Notes: a model not told the origin generated them from the sequence alone. Counted from the stretch's first letter, positions 41,937-53,492 are shown. The stretch is 64,000 bases of DNA from an uncultured Chloroflexia bacterium (GCA_963765245.1 CAVXVP010000033.1:21104-85103), one strand, 5' to 3'. Numbers and translations: made by a program.

Positions 41937-43593
41937 ACCGAGATCGTGCGGCCGGGTGCTGCCAGGAAGCGGTCGACGGGCTCGCCGAATCGGTCAGGGG
42001 GCGCGACCGTGGCCTCTGCCGGACCTCCGCACGGCGCACCGATCGACTCCTCGAAGAGCGAATCGCAGATGACGACGAGCGCCCCGTTCGAGCTGGCGAC
42101 GGGTCCGCTGCCCGTGTCTGCGAGCACGGAGGCGCCCGCGCGGATGAGGGGGTACGCATACGCCTCGGTCGACTTGAAGTCGGGGAGCGAGCGAAGCGTG
42201 ATGGTCGTGCCATCGCCGGTCGCGGCGAGGATCCTGGCCGCGGCGGTCTCGGCGGCGGGGAAGCCGCCGTCCGGATGAGCGGCCGGCGGCTGGTTCAGCA
42301 GGTTGAAACCGATCAGGAGGACCAGGCCGACCACGACGACGGCGGGTCCGACCGGGACCGTCCGGCCGATGCCTGCAGAGGCATCAGAAGCGTGGTGGCT
42401 GGGGGGCCGGGCTGTGGCCGGCCTGCGAGGCACGTTCGGACGCGCCGCGCCGACTGCGAGCCGCTCGACCCGGCCGAACACGCCACAACGCCCCGGCTCC
42501 CAGACCGACGAGCGTGAAGACCATCGGGTCGGCGAACGCGTGGTAATGGTCGTTGGGCAGCCCCGGGATCACCGTCGCCAGGCTCGGCGAGATGAACGTC
42601 AGCGCCAACGCGGTCCACAGCAGCCCGAGACCCAGCCACCGAGCCGCCTGCCGCTCGCGCAGGGTCCCCAGCCGAGCGAGCCCGATCACGATGGCGATCA
42701 CGACCACGGTGGCGAGCAACCCTGCCAGCGCGGCGTCCGTGAACAGGCCCGTCAGCGGCCACGACACGACGCGGGCGCCGATGACCAGGAACCGCGCCAG
42801 CGGGCCGAGAGCGGTGGGGTCGCCGCCGGAACGGATGTAGACGAGAGCAGCGTTGATCTCCGAGAAGTTCGTGGTCAGCTCGTGGATCGCCAACGGCACG
42901 AAGGCAAGCACGACGATCGCCAGACGCCCCGAGCCCGAAGCGCAGCACCCGCCGACGCTCGGCGCCACCAGCCCGCGACCGGGCATCCGCAACGAGCAGG
43001 GCACCGACGATCGGCAGCATCGTCACGCCCAGCACGTGGCATTGCATCGTGACCGCCGTCCCGACGCCGGCCAGCAGCCACCAGCGCGGGTCGCGCGTGG
43101 TCCAGGCCCGCCAGGCGCCGGCCAGCGCGACCGCGCTCGAGAGCGCGATGAGGTTCGGGTTCCAGATGAACGTCAATTCGTCGACCGCGGACGTCGAGAC
43201 CGCCATCGCCAGCCCAGCGACGAGCCCCGCCACCGGGCCGCCGATCGAGCGCGCCAGCCACCACGTCACGAGGACCGCGGCGATCCCGGCGAGCGCGATG
43301 AGCGCGACGACCGCCAGAGGCGAATCCCCACCGGTCAGGAACGCGGCGGGGGAGAGCAGGTAGTAGTAGACCGCGCCGTGGTGGACGTCACCGATCGACG
43401 TCGGTGGCCCGAGCAGCGGGATGACCCCGTCGCGGACCAGCGCCCGCAGCATCAGCATGTCGTGACCCTGGTCGGCGTCCCAGGTGCCGCGCGTGGCAAG
43501 GTTCGGGAGCCGCAGCAGGGCCGCGACGACGAGCAACCCGATGGGGACCAGGACGAGCGCCAGTCCCGGCCGAACACGAGGGCCGGTCGTCAC
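41906..43593 (-). CDS. GT-C (ArnT/PMT-like) membrane glycosyltransferase (frameshifts near 42930 and 42490)
   Basis: LRLPNL, WDADQG, PLLGP, HHGAVYYYL, WNPN and multiple TM helices across three frames. Confidence 0.75.
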
Positions 43594-44564
43594 TCGCTCG
43601 CGTCCTCGTCATCTGCCGGCGCGGGGCCGCTCTTCGCCCGACTGCCGCGCAGGTTCATCGCCTCGGGTGGCAGGTCGGCGAGCGGACGGCAGGCGGCGAT
43701 GTCGTAGGCACGGGCCACGTTGACCGCGTCGTAGCCCTCGTCCATCCCGGGCGTCTCGAGGTAGTACGTGACGTGAGCCAGCGCAGGGTGGCGCAGCAGG
43801 TGGCCGAGCCCCGCGGCACCGATCCGACCGGCGCCGAGATGCTCGTGTCGATCGAGACGCGAGCCGAGCTCCGACTTCGAGTCGTTCAGATGGATCATCA
43901 CCAGCCTGTCGAGCCCGATCCGATCGTCAAAGTCGGCCAGGAAGGCATCGATCGCTGCGGGCTCGGAGACGTCGATCCCGGCCGCCCATGCGTGCGCGGT
44001 GTCGAGGCAGAACCCGATGCGTTCGGGCGGCAGACCTCGCGCCGCAGCGGCCTCGGCGATGCCGGCCAGCTCCGCGACATCGGTGCCGAGCCCGAACCCG
44101 CTGCCGGGCGAGTTCTCGAGGGCGATCATCGCCGCGTCGGGAGCGCCGTCGACCTCGGCCAGGGTGAGCGCGAGCCCGTCGGCCAGGCGCTCCGTGCCGG
44201 CCGCGACGCCCGCGCCCCGATGCGACCCGATATGGACGTTGACGAACCGGCCCCCGAAACCGGGCGCGGCCCGCAGGTCGCTGGCGAGGACCGCCACCGA
44301 GCGACCGAAGAAGTCCTCCTCGACGCCGGCGAGGTTCACGAGGTACGAGGCATGGACCGCGACCGGAGCGATGTCGTACTCGGCGAGGCGGGCCCGGAAC
44401 GCCGGCAGCTCCGCGGGCGGCAGAAGTCGACGGCGCCACGCGGTCGGGTTGTCGACGAAGACCTGGATCGCGCTGGCCCCGATCTCGTGGGCGCGATCGA
44501 CGGCCTTGACCATGCCGTTGCCGAGCGGCAGGTGGGCGCCAAGACGTCGGCCATCGGGAAGCAT
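43590..44564 (-). CDS. nfo: Endonuclease IV
   Basis: GAH, QVFVDNP, HASYLVNL, HIGS, LEN, CLDTAH, HLNDSK, DRHEHLG, LETP. Confidence 0.93.
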   Translation of the reverse strand: MLPDGRRLGAHLPLGNGMVKAVDRAHEIGASAIQVFVDNPTAWRRRLLPPAELPAFRARLAEYDIAPVAVHASYLVNLAGVEEDFFGRSVAVLASDLRAAPGFGGRFVNVHIGSHRGAGVAAGTERLADGLALTLAEVDGAPDAAMIALENSPGSGFGLGTDVAELAGIAEAAAARGLPPERIGFCLDTAHAWAAGIDVSEPAAIDAFLADFDDRIGLDRLVMIHLNDSKSELGSRLDRHEHLGAGRIGAAGLGHLLRHPALAHVTYYLETPGMDEGYDAVNVARAYDIAACRPLADLPPEAMNLRGSRAKSGPAPADDEDASE

Positions 44565-44614
44565 TCGCGGCATCGTACGACGTGCGGCGGTCGGGCACGC
44601 CGAGGGCTGGTTCG

Positions 44615-45232
44615 CTACCGACGCCCCGTCGCGGCGCGCTCCGGCGCACTCGGGGCATGGCTGCGTCCCTGCGTGTAGTCGCCACCGACGACGGGCTCGA
44701 TCAGGCCGTAGTCGTCGTCGTCGCGCCGGTAGAGGATCGCGACCCGCTCGGTCTCGGCGTTGACGAAGACGAAGAACCGGTGACCGAGCTCCTCCATCGC
44801 CGCGACGGCGTCCTCCTCGAACATCGGCTCGATGGCGAAGCGCTTGGTCTTGACGATCCTCGCTTCCCGGCGCGGACCCTCCGAGCCGTCGGCGAGGCGA
44901 CGAAGGATCTGCTTCTCCTCCTCCGGGCGCGCCCGCAGCCGCGGCTTCTCCTTGTACTCGACCGCCTGGCGCTCGACCTTGTCGATGACGTCGTCGATCG
45001 CGGCCTCGTAGGTGGTCCCGGTCGCCCGACTGCGCAGCACGCGCCCGTGGACGATCAGGGTGACCTCGACGAGGTGGGTGTCGGCGGCGCTCTTGTGGTG
45101 CTCGGTCCAGAGCTCGACCGTGGCGTCCGTCTGATCGTCGAGGAGCCGCTCGGTCCGCCTGAGTTTGCGCTCCGCGTACTCGCGAACGCGATCGGGGACC
45201 TCGGCGTTCTTGCCCTTGACGATCGTCCTCAC
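44615..45232 (-). CDS. hpf: Ribosome hibernation promoting factor, long form
   Basis: YAERKL, YEAAIDDVIDKVERQ, PMFEEDAVAAMEELGHRFFVF, YGLIEP. Confidence 0.93.
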   Translation of the reverse strand: MRTIVKGKNAEVPDRVREYAERKLRRTERLLDDQTDATVELWTEHHKSAADTHLVEVTLIVHGRVLRSRATGTTYEAAIDDVIDKVERQAVEYKEKPRLRARPEEEKQILRRLADGSEGPRREARIVKTKRFAIEPMFEEDAVAAMEELGHRFFVFVNAETERVAILYRRDDDDYGLIEPVVGGDYTQGRSHAPSAPERAATGRR

Positions 45233-45340
45233 GCAAACCCCCCAACGGTGGCCCGGCTGCGGGTGAGCGGATCCGGCGCGGGTGGTCGGGCCGCCGCCCT
45301 TCCGGTCCCGAGTATACCCTCGTCAGCCGGTCGCCCCGGT

Positions 45341-46028
45341 TCAGCGCTCGCGGGCGACGGCGATCGCCGAGACCGCGAGCGCCCCGGCGCGCTCGAGCGC
45401 GAACGCGCAGGCTGCGAGCGTCGCGCCGGTCGTGACGACGTCGTCGACGAGCAGGATCCAGCGCCCGGCGATCGCGCGCGCCGCCCGTGCTCCGGCGCCC
45501 GCGCGGACCCGGAACGCGCCGTCCACGTTCGCTGCCCGCTCGTCGCGGCCCAGCTCGAACTGGGCGACCGTCGCCCGCTGGCGCTCGAGAGCCCGGACGA
45601 CAGGCAGCCCGAGCCGCTCCCCGGCGACCTCGGCGATGAGCGCCGCCTGGTCGTACCCGCGCTGCCGCTCGCGCTCGGCATGGACGGGGACCGGAACGAT
45701 GACCTCGGCACCGGTCCCGACCCGCGCCCAACGCCGGGCAAGTGCCTCGCCGAGCGGCGCGGCGAGCCGCCGCTCCCCGGCGTACTTCAGGTCGTGGAGG
45801 GCTGCCCGGACCGGCCCGGCGAAGGGCGCGCACCATTCGAGCTGGAGCAGCGGCGCGGGCAGCTCGGCCGGGCAGTCCGATCGGCGTTCCGCCCGGCAAC
45901 GCCAGCCGGGCATCGAGCGCGGGCAGGCACGCGGCGCACAGCGGCTCGCCCTCGCGACCGCACCCGGAACACGCGGCCGGGAATGCGAGATCGAGCGCAG
46001 CTCCGGTGAGCCGGCGCAGCGTGGCCAT
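45341..46028 (-). CDS. comF: ComF-family competence protein (frameshift near 45875)
   Basis: CSGC/CAAC zinc ribbon, LKY, PVPVH, RGYDQA, LVDDVVTTGAT. Confidence 0.9.
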
Positions 46029-46063
46029 CAAGCGATGATGGCCGGTGGCGCTTACCCCTGCGC

Positions 46064-46465
46064 TTACGCGGAGCCGGCCGGCTCCAGCACCACGAGGTCC
46101 CCGACCGCGGTCCCGCTCCGCTCGATCGTGCCGACGGGGAGTTCCAGCACCCCGTGCGCGCCACGCACCAGCGGCACGAGCCCGGTCCAGGCCCGCAGCC
46201 CGCGATGGACGGACACGACGGGCCGCGCGCCCTCGCGACCCGGATCGGGGTTGCCCAGGAAGACGGCGTCGATCGCGAAGCGCATGAACATCATGTGGAT
46301 CCCGTTCGAGTCGGTCAGCCACAGCCCGGCATCGGGTTCGAGCCCGGGCCGGCCCATCAGGCCCATGAACTTGCCCCACAGGCCGTCGGCGACCTCGAGC
46401 CGCTCGGCGATCGCGGTCGAACGGCTGAGATTACGGGCGCGCAGGGGCGCGGTCGGCGCGGTCAC
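46064..46465 (-). CDS. DUF192 family protein
   Basis: GLMGR, IHMMFMRFAIDAVFL, VLELPVG. Confidence 0.85.
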   Translation of the reverse strand: MTAPTAPLRARNLSRSTAIAERLEVADGLWGKFMGLMGRPGLEPDAGLWLTDSNGIHMMFMRFAIDAVFLGNPDPGREGARPVVSVHRGLRAWTGLVPLVRGAHGVLELPVGTIERSGTAVGDLVVLEPAGSA

Positions 46466-46491
46466 GTCGATGTGGACGTCGGCGGAGGCGC

Positions 46492-47429
46492 CTAGACCTT
46501 CAGGTTCAGGACGATCAGGATGATGGCCGGTCCGAGGATGACGATGAACAGCGACGGGAAGATGCATCCGACGAGCGGGAACAGCATCTTGATCGGCGCC
46601 TTGGCCGCCTGCTCCTCGGCGCGCTGGCGGCGCTCGATGCGGAGCTGTTCGGACTGGACCTGGAGGACCTTGGAGATCGAGACACCCAGCTGCTCGGCCT
46701 GGATGATCGCGCCGATGAAGTTGGTCAGCGGCACGACTTCGGTGCGCGCCACGATGTCGCGCAGCGCGTCTCGGCGCGCCTTGCCGACGCGGACCTCGGC
46801 CAGCGCCCGTCGGAACTCGTCCGACAGCGGTCCCTGGAGCTTCTCGACGACCTTCCCGAGCGCGGCGTCGAAGCCGAGACCGGCACGGACCGAGATGGTC
46901 AGCAGGTCGAGGGCGTCCGGGATCATCATGAGGATGGCCTTCTGGCGCTTCTTGACGCGGCCGCCAAGCCAGAACTCCGGGATCGTGTAGCCGAAGAGGG
47001 CACCGACCACAGGCATGAGCAGGCCGCCGATGAAGAACGGGAAGCCCAGGATGCCGACGACGCCGAACAGGAAGAAGAACAGGATCGCGCCGACGATCGC
47101 GCCGATCGCCTTGATGCCGAGCCAGTCGGCAACGCGCAGGTCGCCCGGGTTGCCGGCGAGCGCGAGACGTTTTTCGGTCTTCGCGGTGAACGACGAGCTG
47201 GCCATGCTCGAGACGCGTCCCGACAGCCGAGCCGCGAGCGGGCCGCAGCGTGCGCTCGATGAACGGCTGCTGAAGCTCGAGCTCTTCGAGGTTCTTGGCC
47301 TGCATCGTCCCGAGCTGGGTCAGCCGGGCCTGGACCGGGTCGACCGACGAGCCTGCCGGCGAGAGCGATGACGATGAGCAGGATGCCGCCGGCCGCGAGC
47401 GCGGCGATGACGATCGGGAGGATGGGCAT
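46492..47429 (-). CDS. tadC: Tad pilus platform protein TadC (frameshifts near 47360 and 47240)
   Basis: PDALDLL, AGLGFDAAL, QAEQLG, RAEEQAAKAPIKMLFPL. Confidence 0.92.
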
Positions 47430-47433
47430 GACG

Positions 47434-48448
47434 CTAGACCTCGATGTCCACGATCTTGCGGATGAACATGAACCCGAGGAACATCATGAACCCGCCGATC
47501 ATCAGGATGATGACGCCGGCCGGTAGGCCGAGGATCTCGGGGGGATTGGCGAACATCGGCTCCATGAAGCCCGGTGCGGCGACGAACAGGAAGGCCGCCA
47601 GTCCGATCGGCAGGCCGGCCACGACGTAGCCGGACAGTCGCTGCTGCGCGGTGAGGGTCCTGATCTCGCCCTTGATCCGGACGCGTTCGCGGATCGTGTA
47701 GGCGATCGAGTCGAGGATCTCGGCGAGGTTGCCGCCGACCTGGTGCTGGATGCTGATGGCGGTCGCCATCAGCTCGAGGTCGTCTGACCGCACGCGGCGG
47801 ACCATGTTCTCGAGCGCCTGGTCGAATGGGAGGCCGAGGTTGACCTCGCGGATGACGCGGCCGAACTCGGTCGAGACCGGCGGGCGGGACTCACGCACGA
47901 CGAGCTCGATCGCCTGGAGGAACGAGGAGCCGGCACGGAGGGCGTTGGCGATGAGGGTGATGGTGTCCGGCAGCTGCTTGTTGAACGCGCCGAGCCGGCC
48001 GTTCTTGCGGCGTCCCAGCCAGAAGCGTGGCAGCAGGAACCCGAACAGGGCCCCGACCAGCAGGACGATGGGGTTGCCGAGACGCCGGCAGGAGGGCAGA
48101 CAGCAGGAACATCGCCACCGGGATGCCGACGATCGAGGCGGCCCAGATCATCAGGAACTCGGACGGCTTGAGCTTGAGGTCCGCTCGCGCGATGTCCCGG
48201 GCGAGGTTCGCACCGAAGTCGCGCTGTTCGACGACCTTGTTCAGGCTGTTGAGCGCCTGACTCTGGGCGATCAGTTCGGCGACCCCGCCCTTGCCGGTCG
48301 CTCCGTCCTTGGCGCCAGCCGTTGGCTTTGCGGCGTAGCGCTCGAGACGGTCGGAGATGCCCGAGCCACCCGAGGTCGCGACGCCCACCGCGAGCAGGAC
48401 GATCGCCAGCGCGGCGACTCCTGCGACCGCGAGTGCTGTGATTTCCAT
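47434..48448 (-). CDS. tadB: Tad pilus platform protein TadB (frameshift near 48080)
   Basis: EFGRV, GGNLAEILD, TIRERVRIKGEIRTLTAQQRLS. Confidence 0.92.
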
Positions 48449-48472
48449 CGGGGGTGTGCGCTCCTTCCGAGC

Positions 48473-49895
48473 CTAGTAGGTGAAGCCGAACAGGCCGGGC
48501 GGAAGGTTGATGCCCATGACCTCGAACTTCTCGACGAACTTGGGCCGGATCCCGGTCGGCTTGAGCCGGCCCTGGATCTTGCCCTCGACCACGCCGGTCT
48601 GCTCGAAGACGAAGACGTCCTGCATGACGATGACGTCCCCCTCCATGCCCTGGACCTCGGTGATGTTGACGATCTTCCGCGTCCCGTCCTTGAGACGTGA
48701 CTGCTGGACGATGAGGTCGACCGCCGAGGCGACCTGCTCGCGGATGGCCCGCAGCGGCAGGTCGACGCCGGCCATGAGGACCATCGTCTCGAGTCGCGAC
48801 AGCATGTCGCGCGGGCTGTTGGCGTGGCCGGTGGACATCGAGCCGTCGTGGCCCGTGTTCATGGCCTGGAGCATGTCGAGCGCTTCGCCCGAACGGCACT
48901 CCCCGACGATGATCCGGTCGGGCCGCATGCGCAGGGCGTTGCGGACGAGCTCGCGGATCGGGATGGCGCCCTTGCCTTCGATGTTGGGCGGGCGCGACTC
49001 GAGGGTCACGACGTGCTCCTGGCGGAGCTGGAGCTCGGCCGCGTCCTCGATCGTCACGATCCGCTCGTCGTTCGGGATGAACGACGACAGGACGTTGAGG
49101 GTCGTGGTCTTGCCCGAGCCGGTGCCGCCGGAGACGAAGACGTTGAGGCGTGCTTCGACGCATGCCCGCAGGAAGTCGAACATGTCGGCCGTCGCGGTCC
49201 CGAACCGGATGAGGTCCTCGACAGTGAACGGCGAGGCCGAGAACTTCCGGATGGTGATGACCGGCCCCACCAATGAGAGCGGCGGGATGATTGCGTTGAC
49301 GCGGGAACCGTCGGTCAGGCGGGCGTCGACCATCGGCGACGACTCGTCGACGCGGCGACCGATCGGGGCGATGATCCGGTCGATGATGCGCATCACGTGG
49401 TCGTCGTTCTGGAAGACGACGTTGGTCAGCTCGAGCTTGCCGGATCGCTCGATGTAGACCTGGCGCGGGCCGTTGACCATGACTTCGGTGATCGACTCGT
49501 CACGCAGGAGTGGCTCGAGCGGCCCGAGGCCGATGATCTCGTCGGTGATCTGCTCGAGCATCCGGACGCGCTCGGCGCGGGTCAGGGCGAGGCCTTCCTC
49601 GTCGATGACCTTGCCGAAGATCTCCTCGATCTGGCGCCGGACCTCGACCTGGTTGGACAGGTCGAGCTTCGGATCCAGGTCCTGGATGACCCGGTTCTGG
49701 ATCCGGAACTTCACGTCCCGGAACGACTCGCGGACGGGCGCCTGGCTGGTCAGCCGGCCGGGCGTGGGCGCGCTCGGCGGCCCGCCCGCGGGTGCGGCTC
49801 GGCAGGTTGGACCCCGGTGCGCCCGGTGTGCCCGGTGCAACCGGTGCGCCAGAGGCTCCCGGTCGAGCGCTCTCGATCCGCTTCAGCAGAGACAT
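48473..49895 (-). CDS. cpaF: Tad pilus ATPase CpaF/TadA (frameshift near 49800)
   Basis: GLGPLEPLL, GGTGSGKTT, LRMRPDRIIVGE, MNTGHDGS. Confidence 0.96.
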
Positions 49896-49939
49896 CGCCT
49901 ATACCCCTTCTCGCCCCGAGGGGCCGACTGTGGACGCGT

Positions 49940-51199
49940 TCATCGCCATGCGAACAGCGATTTCTTCTGGGTCGATTTTCCGGCGTCGACGGTGTCGGGC
50001 TGAGCCTGACCACCGACCACTGACCGGGCCAAACGAAGGATGTCCTGGGAGACCTGCGCCTCCCGATTGGAAAGGAAGAAAGGTACTCCCCGATTGAGGG
50101 CGTACACAACGCTTCGACCGTCGCTGACGACGGTCTCGTCGACCTTTCGACCGATCGAGTGCTCGACGTCCGCGACGCGGATGCCGAGCGCCGAGTCGGC
50201 GCGGTTGAGGACAAGGCGGACCTTGCCCTTCTCATACCCGAGTTGTTCGGCGACCTCCAGGAAGAGGCGCATGTTCTTGATGCTCGTGATTTCGAGACTG
50301 AGCATCGTCAGGATCACATCGGCGGCGTCGAGGATGGCCAATGTCGTGTCGTTGAAGTACGAGGTGCAGTCGACGACCACGAGGTCGTGGTCGGCGCGCA
50401 GCCGTTCGAGGACCTTCTTGACGCCGCCCGCCGTGATCATCTCGGCCGTCTCGGGAGACGGAGGCGCGAGCAGGACCCGGATGCCGGCGGTGTGGTTGAT
50501 CAGGAAGGTGTCGATCGATTCGAGCTCACCCGCCTCGAGCTCGGGGATCAGGTCGGCGATCGACTTGCTCTTCGGGTTCAGGTTGAGCAGGACGCCGACA
50601 TCGCCGAACTGGAAGGAGCCGTCCATGATGACGACCTTCTTGCCGAGCTCGGTGGCGGCCGCGACGGCCAGGTTGACCGCGACGGTCGTCCGGCCCACCC
50701 CGCCCTTGGGGCTGAACACGGCGACGATCAAACCGGGCTCGCCCGGTTCGCCGGAGCGGGTGCCGTTCGTCGCGACGCCGGCCGTTGCCATGGTCGTGAC
50801 GGCGATGCGGCTCTGCTTGTCACGCTCGCGCGCGCTGACCTGACGGATCGAGGCGGTCAGCTCGTCGCTGCTGAACGGTTTGACCAGGAACTCGCGTGCG
50901 CCGGCAAGCATCGAGCGGCGGAGGTAGTCGGCCTCGCCCTGGACGGACATCATCACGACGGCGGCCCCGGGCACGATCGAGGCGAGCTGCTCGGTCGCGG
51001 CGATGCCGTCCATGTCGGGCATGTTGATGTCCATGAGGACCACGTCCGGGACCAGTCGAGCGGCCATCTCGAGGGCTTCGCGTCCGGACGCGGCGGCACC
51101 GACCACATCGATGTCGCTTTCGAAGCCCAGGAGCTTCGTCAGGTGATCGCGGGTCTCGGGGATGTCATCGACGACGAGGACGCGGATCTGGTCGGCCAT
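49940..51199 (-). CDS. cpaE: CpaE/TadZ: receiver domain plus MinD/ParA-like ATPase
   Basis: VLVVDD...LMDINMP receiver domain, FSPKGGVGRTT, LVLNR. Confidence 0.9.
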   Translation of the reverse strand: MADQIRVLVVDDIPETRDHLTKLLGFESDIDVVGAAASGREALEMAARLVPDVVLMDINMPDMDGIAATEQLASIVPGAAVVMMSVQGEADYLRRSMLAGAREFLVKPFSSDELTASIRQVSARERDKQSRIAVTTMATAGVATNGTRSGEPGEPGLIVAVFSPKGGVGRTTVAVNLAVAAATELGKKVVIMDGSFQFGDVGVLLNLNPKSKSIADLIPELEAGELESIDTFLINHTAGIRVLLAPPSPETAEMITAGGVKKVLERLRADHDLVVVDCTSYFNDTTLAILDAADVILTMLSLEITSIKNMRLFLEVAEQLGYEKGKVRLVLNRADSALGIRVADVEHSIGRKVDETVVSDGRSVVYALNRGVPFFLSNREAQVSQDILRLARSVVGGQAQPDTVDAGKSTQKKSLFAWR

Positions 51200-51300
51200 T
51201 TCGGTCTGCGTGGTTCCTTCTGTTCCCAAGCGTGGGATGTCGGGTCGGCGATCGAGGGGTTGTAGTGCCCGACCCCAAGGGGCCGGGCACGGTGCGAGTG

Positions 51301-52245
51301 CTAGTTGGTCGGGCGGATCGGCGTCGGGAGCCGGTTGTTCGGGAGGACCGGGCCTTCGATGACCGGCGGCAGGACGCCGTACTGGTCCAGCAGGATCTTG
51401 AGGGTCACACCCGTGGTCTCGGCGGAGGCCGGGGTCAGAGGCTGACCGGTGGCCGGGTCGATGAAGTCGTCAGGCGAGCGCAGGATCAGGGAGAGCGTCA
51501 GCAGGGGGTTGGCCTGCAGCTGTGCGTAGCGGATGACCTCGGCCTGCTGGGGATTGACCGAGAGGATCACGATCTCCTGCTGCTCGTTGAGGGTGGTGGT
51601 GCCGGGGGGAGGCGTGGGTGCGCCGGATGCCGCGGGAGCAGCCTCGGCCGGCGGAGCGACCGGCGGCAGAAGAGACCCGAGCACCTGCATGCCCTGGAGG
51701 AGGACCTTGGTGGTCGCGCCCTTCGGTCCAGGGGCAGTGATCGTCGCTTCGTCAGCGGTATCGACGCCCTTGATCGACAGGAACTGCTCCTCGGTCAGGC
51801 CGACGATCGCGTCCACGTAGTCCCCGGTCTTGATGACGGTGCCGACGCCGCTGATCTGGTCGACCCGGACAGCGATGGCTCGCTGGCCGACGGGAACCTG
51901 GACGTTGATGATGGTGCCGGTCTGCCCACCGTTCAGGGTCGTCGCGGTGATCTGGGCACCGGTGGCGACAGGCTGGCGTGCGATCTGCCCGATCACCTGC
52001 GACGGGTCGGTGAAGGCACCGGCGCTGATCGAGGTCAGCGGGAGGGTGATCGTCTTCACCTGCTCGGCCTTGATGCGCGTCGACAGCGGGATATCCGCCG
52101 CGGCAACGACGACCGGGCCATCGACGGGGGGCTTGTTCGTTGCGTTGTCCGTTGGCGGTGTGCGGACGAGCAACAGGATGCCCACGAAGGCTACGATCGC
52201 CAGGAAGACCCCGACGAGTAGGACGAGCCGATTAGAACGCTTCAA
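51301..52245 (-). CDS. cpaB: Flp pilus assembly protein CpaB/RcpC
   Basis: N-terminal TM, SAF-like VVVAAADIP, GQRAIAV, GDYVD, LSLILRS. Confidence 0.9.
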   Translation of the reverse strand: MKRSNRLVLLVGVFLAIVAFVGILLLVRTPPTDNATNKPPVDGPVVVAAADIPLSTRIKAEQVKTITLPLTSISAGAFTDPSQVIGQIARQPVATGAQITATTLNGGQTGTIINVQVPVGQRAIAVRVDQISGVGTVIKTGDYVDAIVGLTEEQFLSIKGVDTADEATITAPGPKGATTKVLLQGMQVLGSLLPPVAPPAEAAPAASGAPTPPPGTTTLNEQQEIVILSVNPQQAEVIRYAQLQANPLLTLSLILRSPDDFIDPATGQPLTPASAETTGVTLKILLDQYGVLPPVIEGPVLPNNRLPTPIRPTN

Positions 52246-52385
52246 GTTGGTACTCCCCGACGAGATGGTGTGACAGGTGGCACCACTCTAGCACCGCGTC
52301 ACGAGCGCGCGACTATACCAATGGGCTAGGACCATAGGGAGGAAACGGCAGGAAATCAAGCGTGATGCAAGGATGACTGCAAGGT

Positions 52386-52406
52386 TGGTTCGGGGCCGAC
52401 GGCGCC
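52386..52406 (+). repeat. Left arm of a 21-bp inverted repeat flanking the flp cassette
   Basis: TGGTTCGGGGCCGACGGCGCC; 20/21 identical to the reverse complement of 53639..53659. Confidence 0.7.
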
Positions 52407-52430
52407 CTCGACGTGGCGGTGCGTGGCAAC

Positions 52431-52468
52431 AAAAATGGCCCGCCGGATGTTGGTCCGACGGGCCGTTG
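52431..52468 (-). terminator. Intrinsic terminator downstream of the pilin cassette
   Basis: Minus strand AACGGCCCGTCGGA-ccaaca-TCCGGCGGGCCATT then TTTG. Confidence 0.7.
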
Positions 52469-52506
52469 GATCCGATGCGCCCTACGGTGATGCGACGGAA
52501 ACGACG

Positions 52507-52537
52507 AAGCCGCCGGGCCTCTCGGCACCGACGGCTT
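52507..52537 (-). terminator. Hairpin after flp pilin 1 (GAGA tetraloop)
   Basis: Minus strand AAGCCGTCGGTGCC-GAGA-GGCCCGGCGGCTT. Confidence 0.6.
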
Positions 52538-52563
52538 GATCGCCGATCGATTGAATAGCGGTC

Positions 52564-52737
52564 CTAGACGGAACCGCCAACCGTGCTCAGGATCTTGCTG
52601 ACCTGGCCGCCCAGGAAGATGAGGGCGACGATCGCGACGATCGCGATGAGCGCCAGGATCAGGGCGTACTCCGCGAGTCCCTGGCCTTCGTCGTCGTTGC
52701 TGATGTGCGACTGGATAAGAGCGATGAGCTGATACAT
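52564..52737 (-). CDS. flp: Flp pilin 1
   Basis: MYQLIAL...EG|QGLAEYALILALIAIVAIVALIFLGGQV; AAGGAGG ribosome-binding site. Confidence 0.93.
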   Translation of the reverse strand: MYQLIALIQSHISNDDEGQGLAEYALILALIAIVAIVALIFLGGQVSKILSTVGGSV

Positions 52738-52788
52738 GTATTCATTCCCTCCTTTCCGTGAAGATTCCACGAGCCTCGTGGGTCGCAC

Positions 52789-52818
52789 AAGGTAGATGGC
52801 AGTCGCGGCTTGTGTCAA
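52789..52818 (-). promoter_or_regulatory. Sigma70-type promoter for flp pilin 1
   Basis: Minus strand TTGACA, 18 nt spacer, TACCTT. Confidence 0.6.
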
Positions 52819-52863
52819 CCCCACGCGACGCATCCAGGCACCACCAATCCTTGGACAAACGAA

Positions 52864-52893
52864 GACCGCCGGAACCCGAAGGCTCCGGCGGTC
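52864..52893 (-). terminator. Hairpin after flp pilin 2 (cUUCGg loop)
   Basis: Minus strand GACCGCCGGAGCCTTCGGGTTCCGGCGGTC then TTCGTTT. Confidence 0.7.
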
Positions 52894-52920
52894 CAGGCGA
52901 TGAAGTGTCTGTCCCGATGC

Positions 52921-53095
52921 TTAGACCGACCCGCCGACCTCGCTCAGGATCGTGCTGACCTGGCTGCCCAGGAAGATGAGGGCGACGATGGCGACGATGG
53001 CGATGAGTGCGAGGATCAGGGCGTATTCCGCGAGGCCCTGGCCCTCCTCGTCGGTCGCTCATGTGAGACGTGACGAGGGCGATCAACTGGTTCAT
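52921..53095 (-). CDS. flp: Flp pilin 2 (one extra base near 53053)
   Basis: MNQLIALVTSHMSD / DEEGQGLAEYALILALIAIVAIVALIFLGSQVSTILSEVGGSV, stop TAA. Confidence 0.88.
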
Positions 53096-53138
53096 GTTCT
53101 GTCCCTTTCTCTGATGTCCCCCGGTAATGACAAATGAG

Positions 53139-53172
53139 AAGACCGCCGGGACCCGAAGGCTCCGGCGGTCTT
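53139..53172 (-). terminator. Hairpin after flp pilin 3, near-identical to 52864..52893
   Basis: Minus strand AAGACCGCCGGAGCCTTCGGGTCCCGGCGGTCTT. Confidence 0.7.
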
Positions 53173-53193
53173 GTGTAGCCGGTGGCTTCGGTC

Positions 53194-53376
53194 CTAGACC
53201 GAGCCGCCGACCGTGCTCAGGATCTTGCTGACCTGGCCGCCCAGGAAGATGAGGGCGACGATCGCGACGATCGCGATGAGCGCGAGGATCAGGGCGTACT
53301 CAGCGAGCCCCTGGCCTTCCTCGTCCCGATCAAGGGCGGCGAGGAACTTGAGATACATGTCCGTGATGACCGACAC
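53194..53376 (-). CDS. flp: Flp pilin 3
   Basis: GTG after AGGAGG; ...DEEGQGLAEYALIL...STVGGSV. Mature part is identical to pilin 1. Confidence 0.92.
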   Translation of the reverse strand: MSVITDMYLKFLAALDRDEEGQGLAEYALILALIAIVAIVALIFLGGQVSKILSTVGGSV

Positions 53377-53492
53377 TTCGTGCCTCCTGGATGAGTTCGA
53401 CCCCCAAACGAGGGCATGCGCAATATACGGAGACCGTGAGGGAAACACACTAGGATGATGGTACGGGGTGACGAGGCCGGACCACGGGCCGA

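Noticed and set aside
52507-53172. Repeated hairpins as a CRISPR array or c-di-GMP riboswitch
   Set aside because: Only two close copies, separated by a pilin gene. There are no cas genes and no riboswitch consensus. They fit 3' terminator or stabiliser hairpins.
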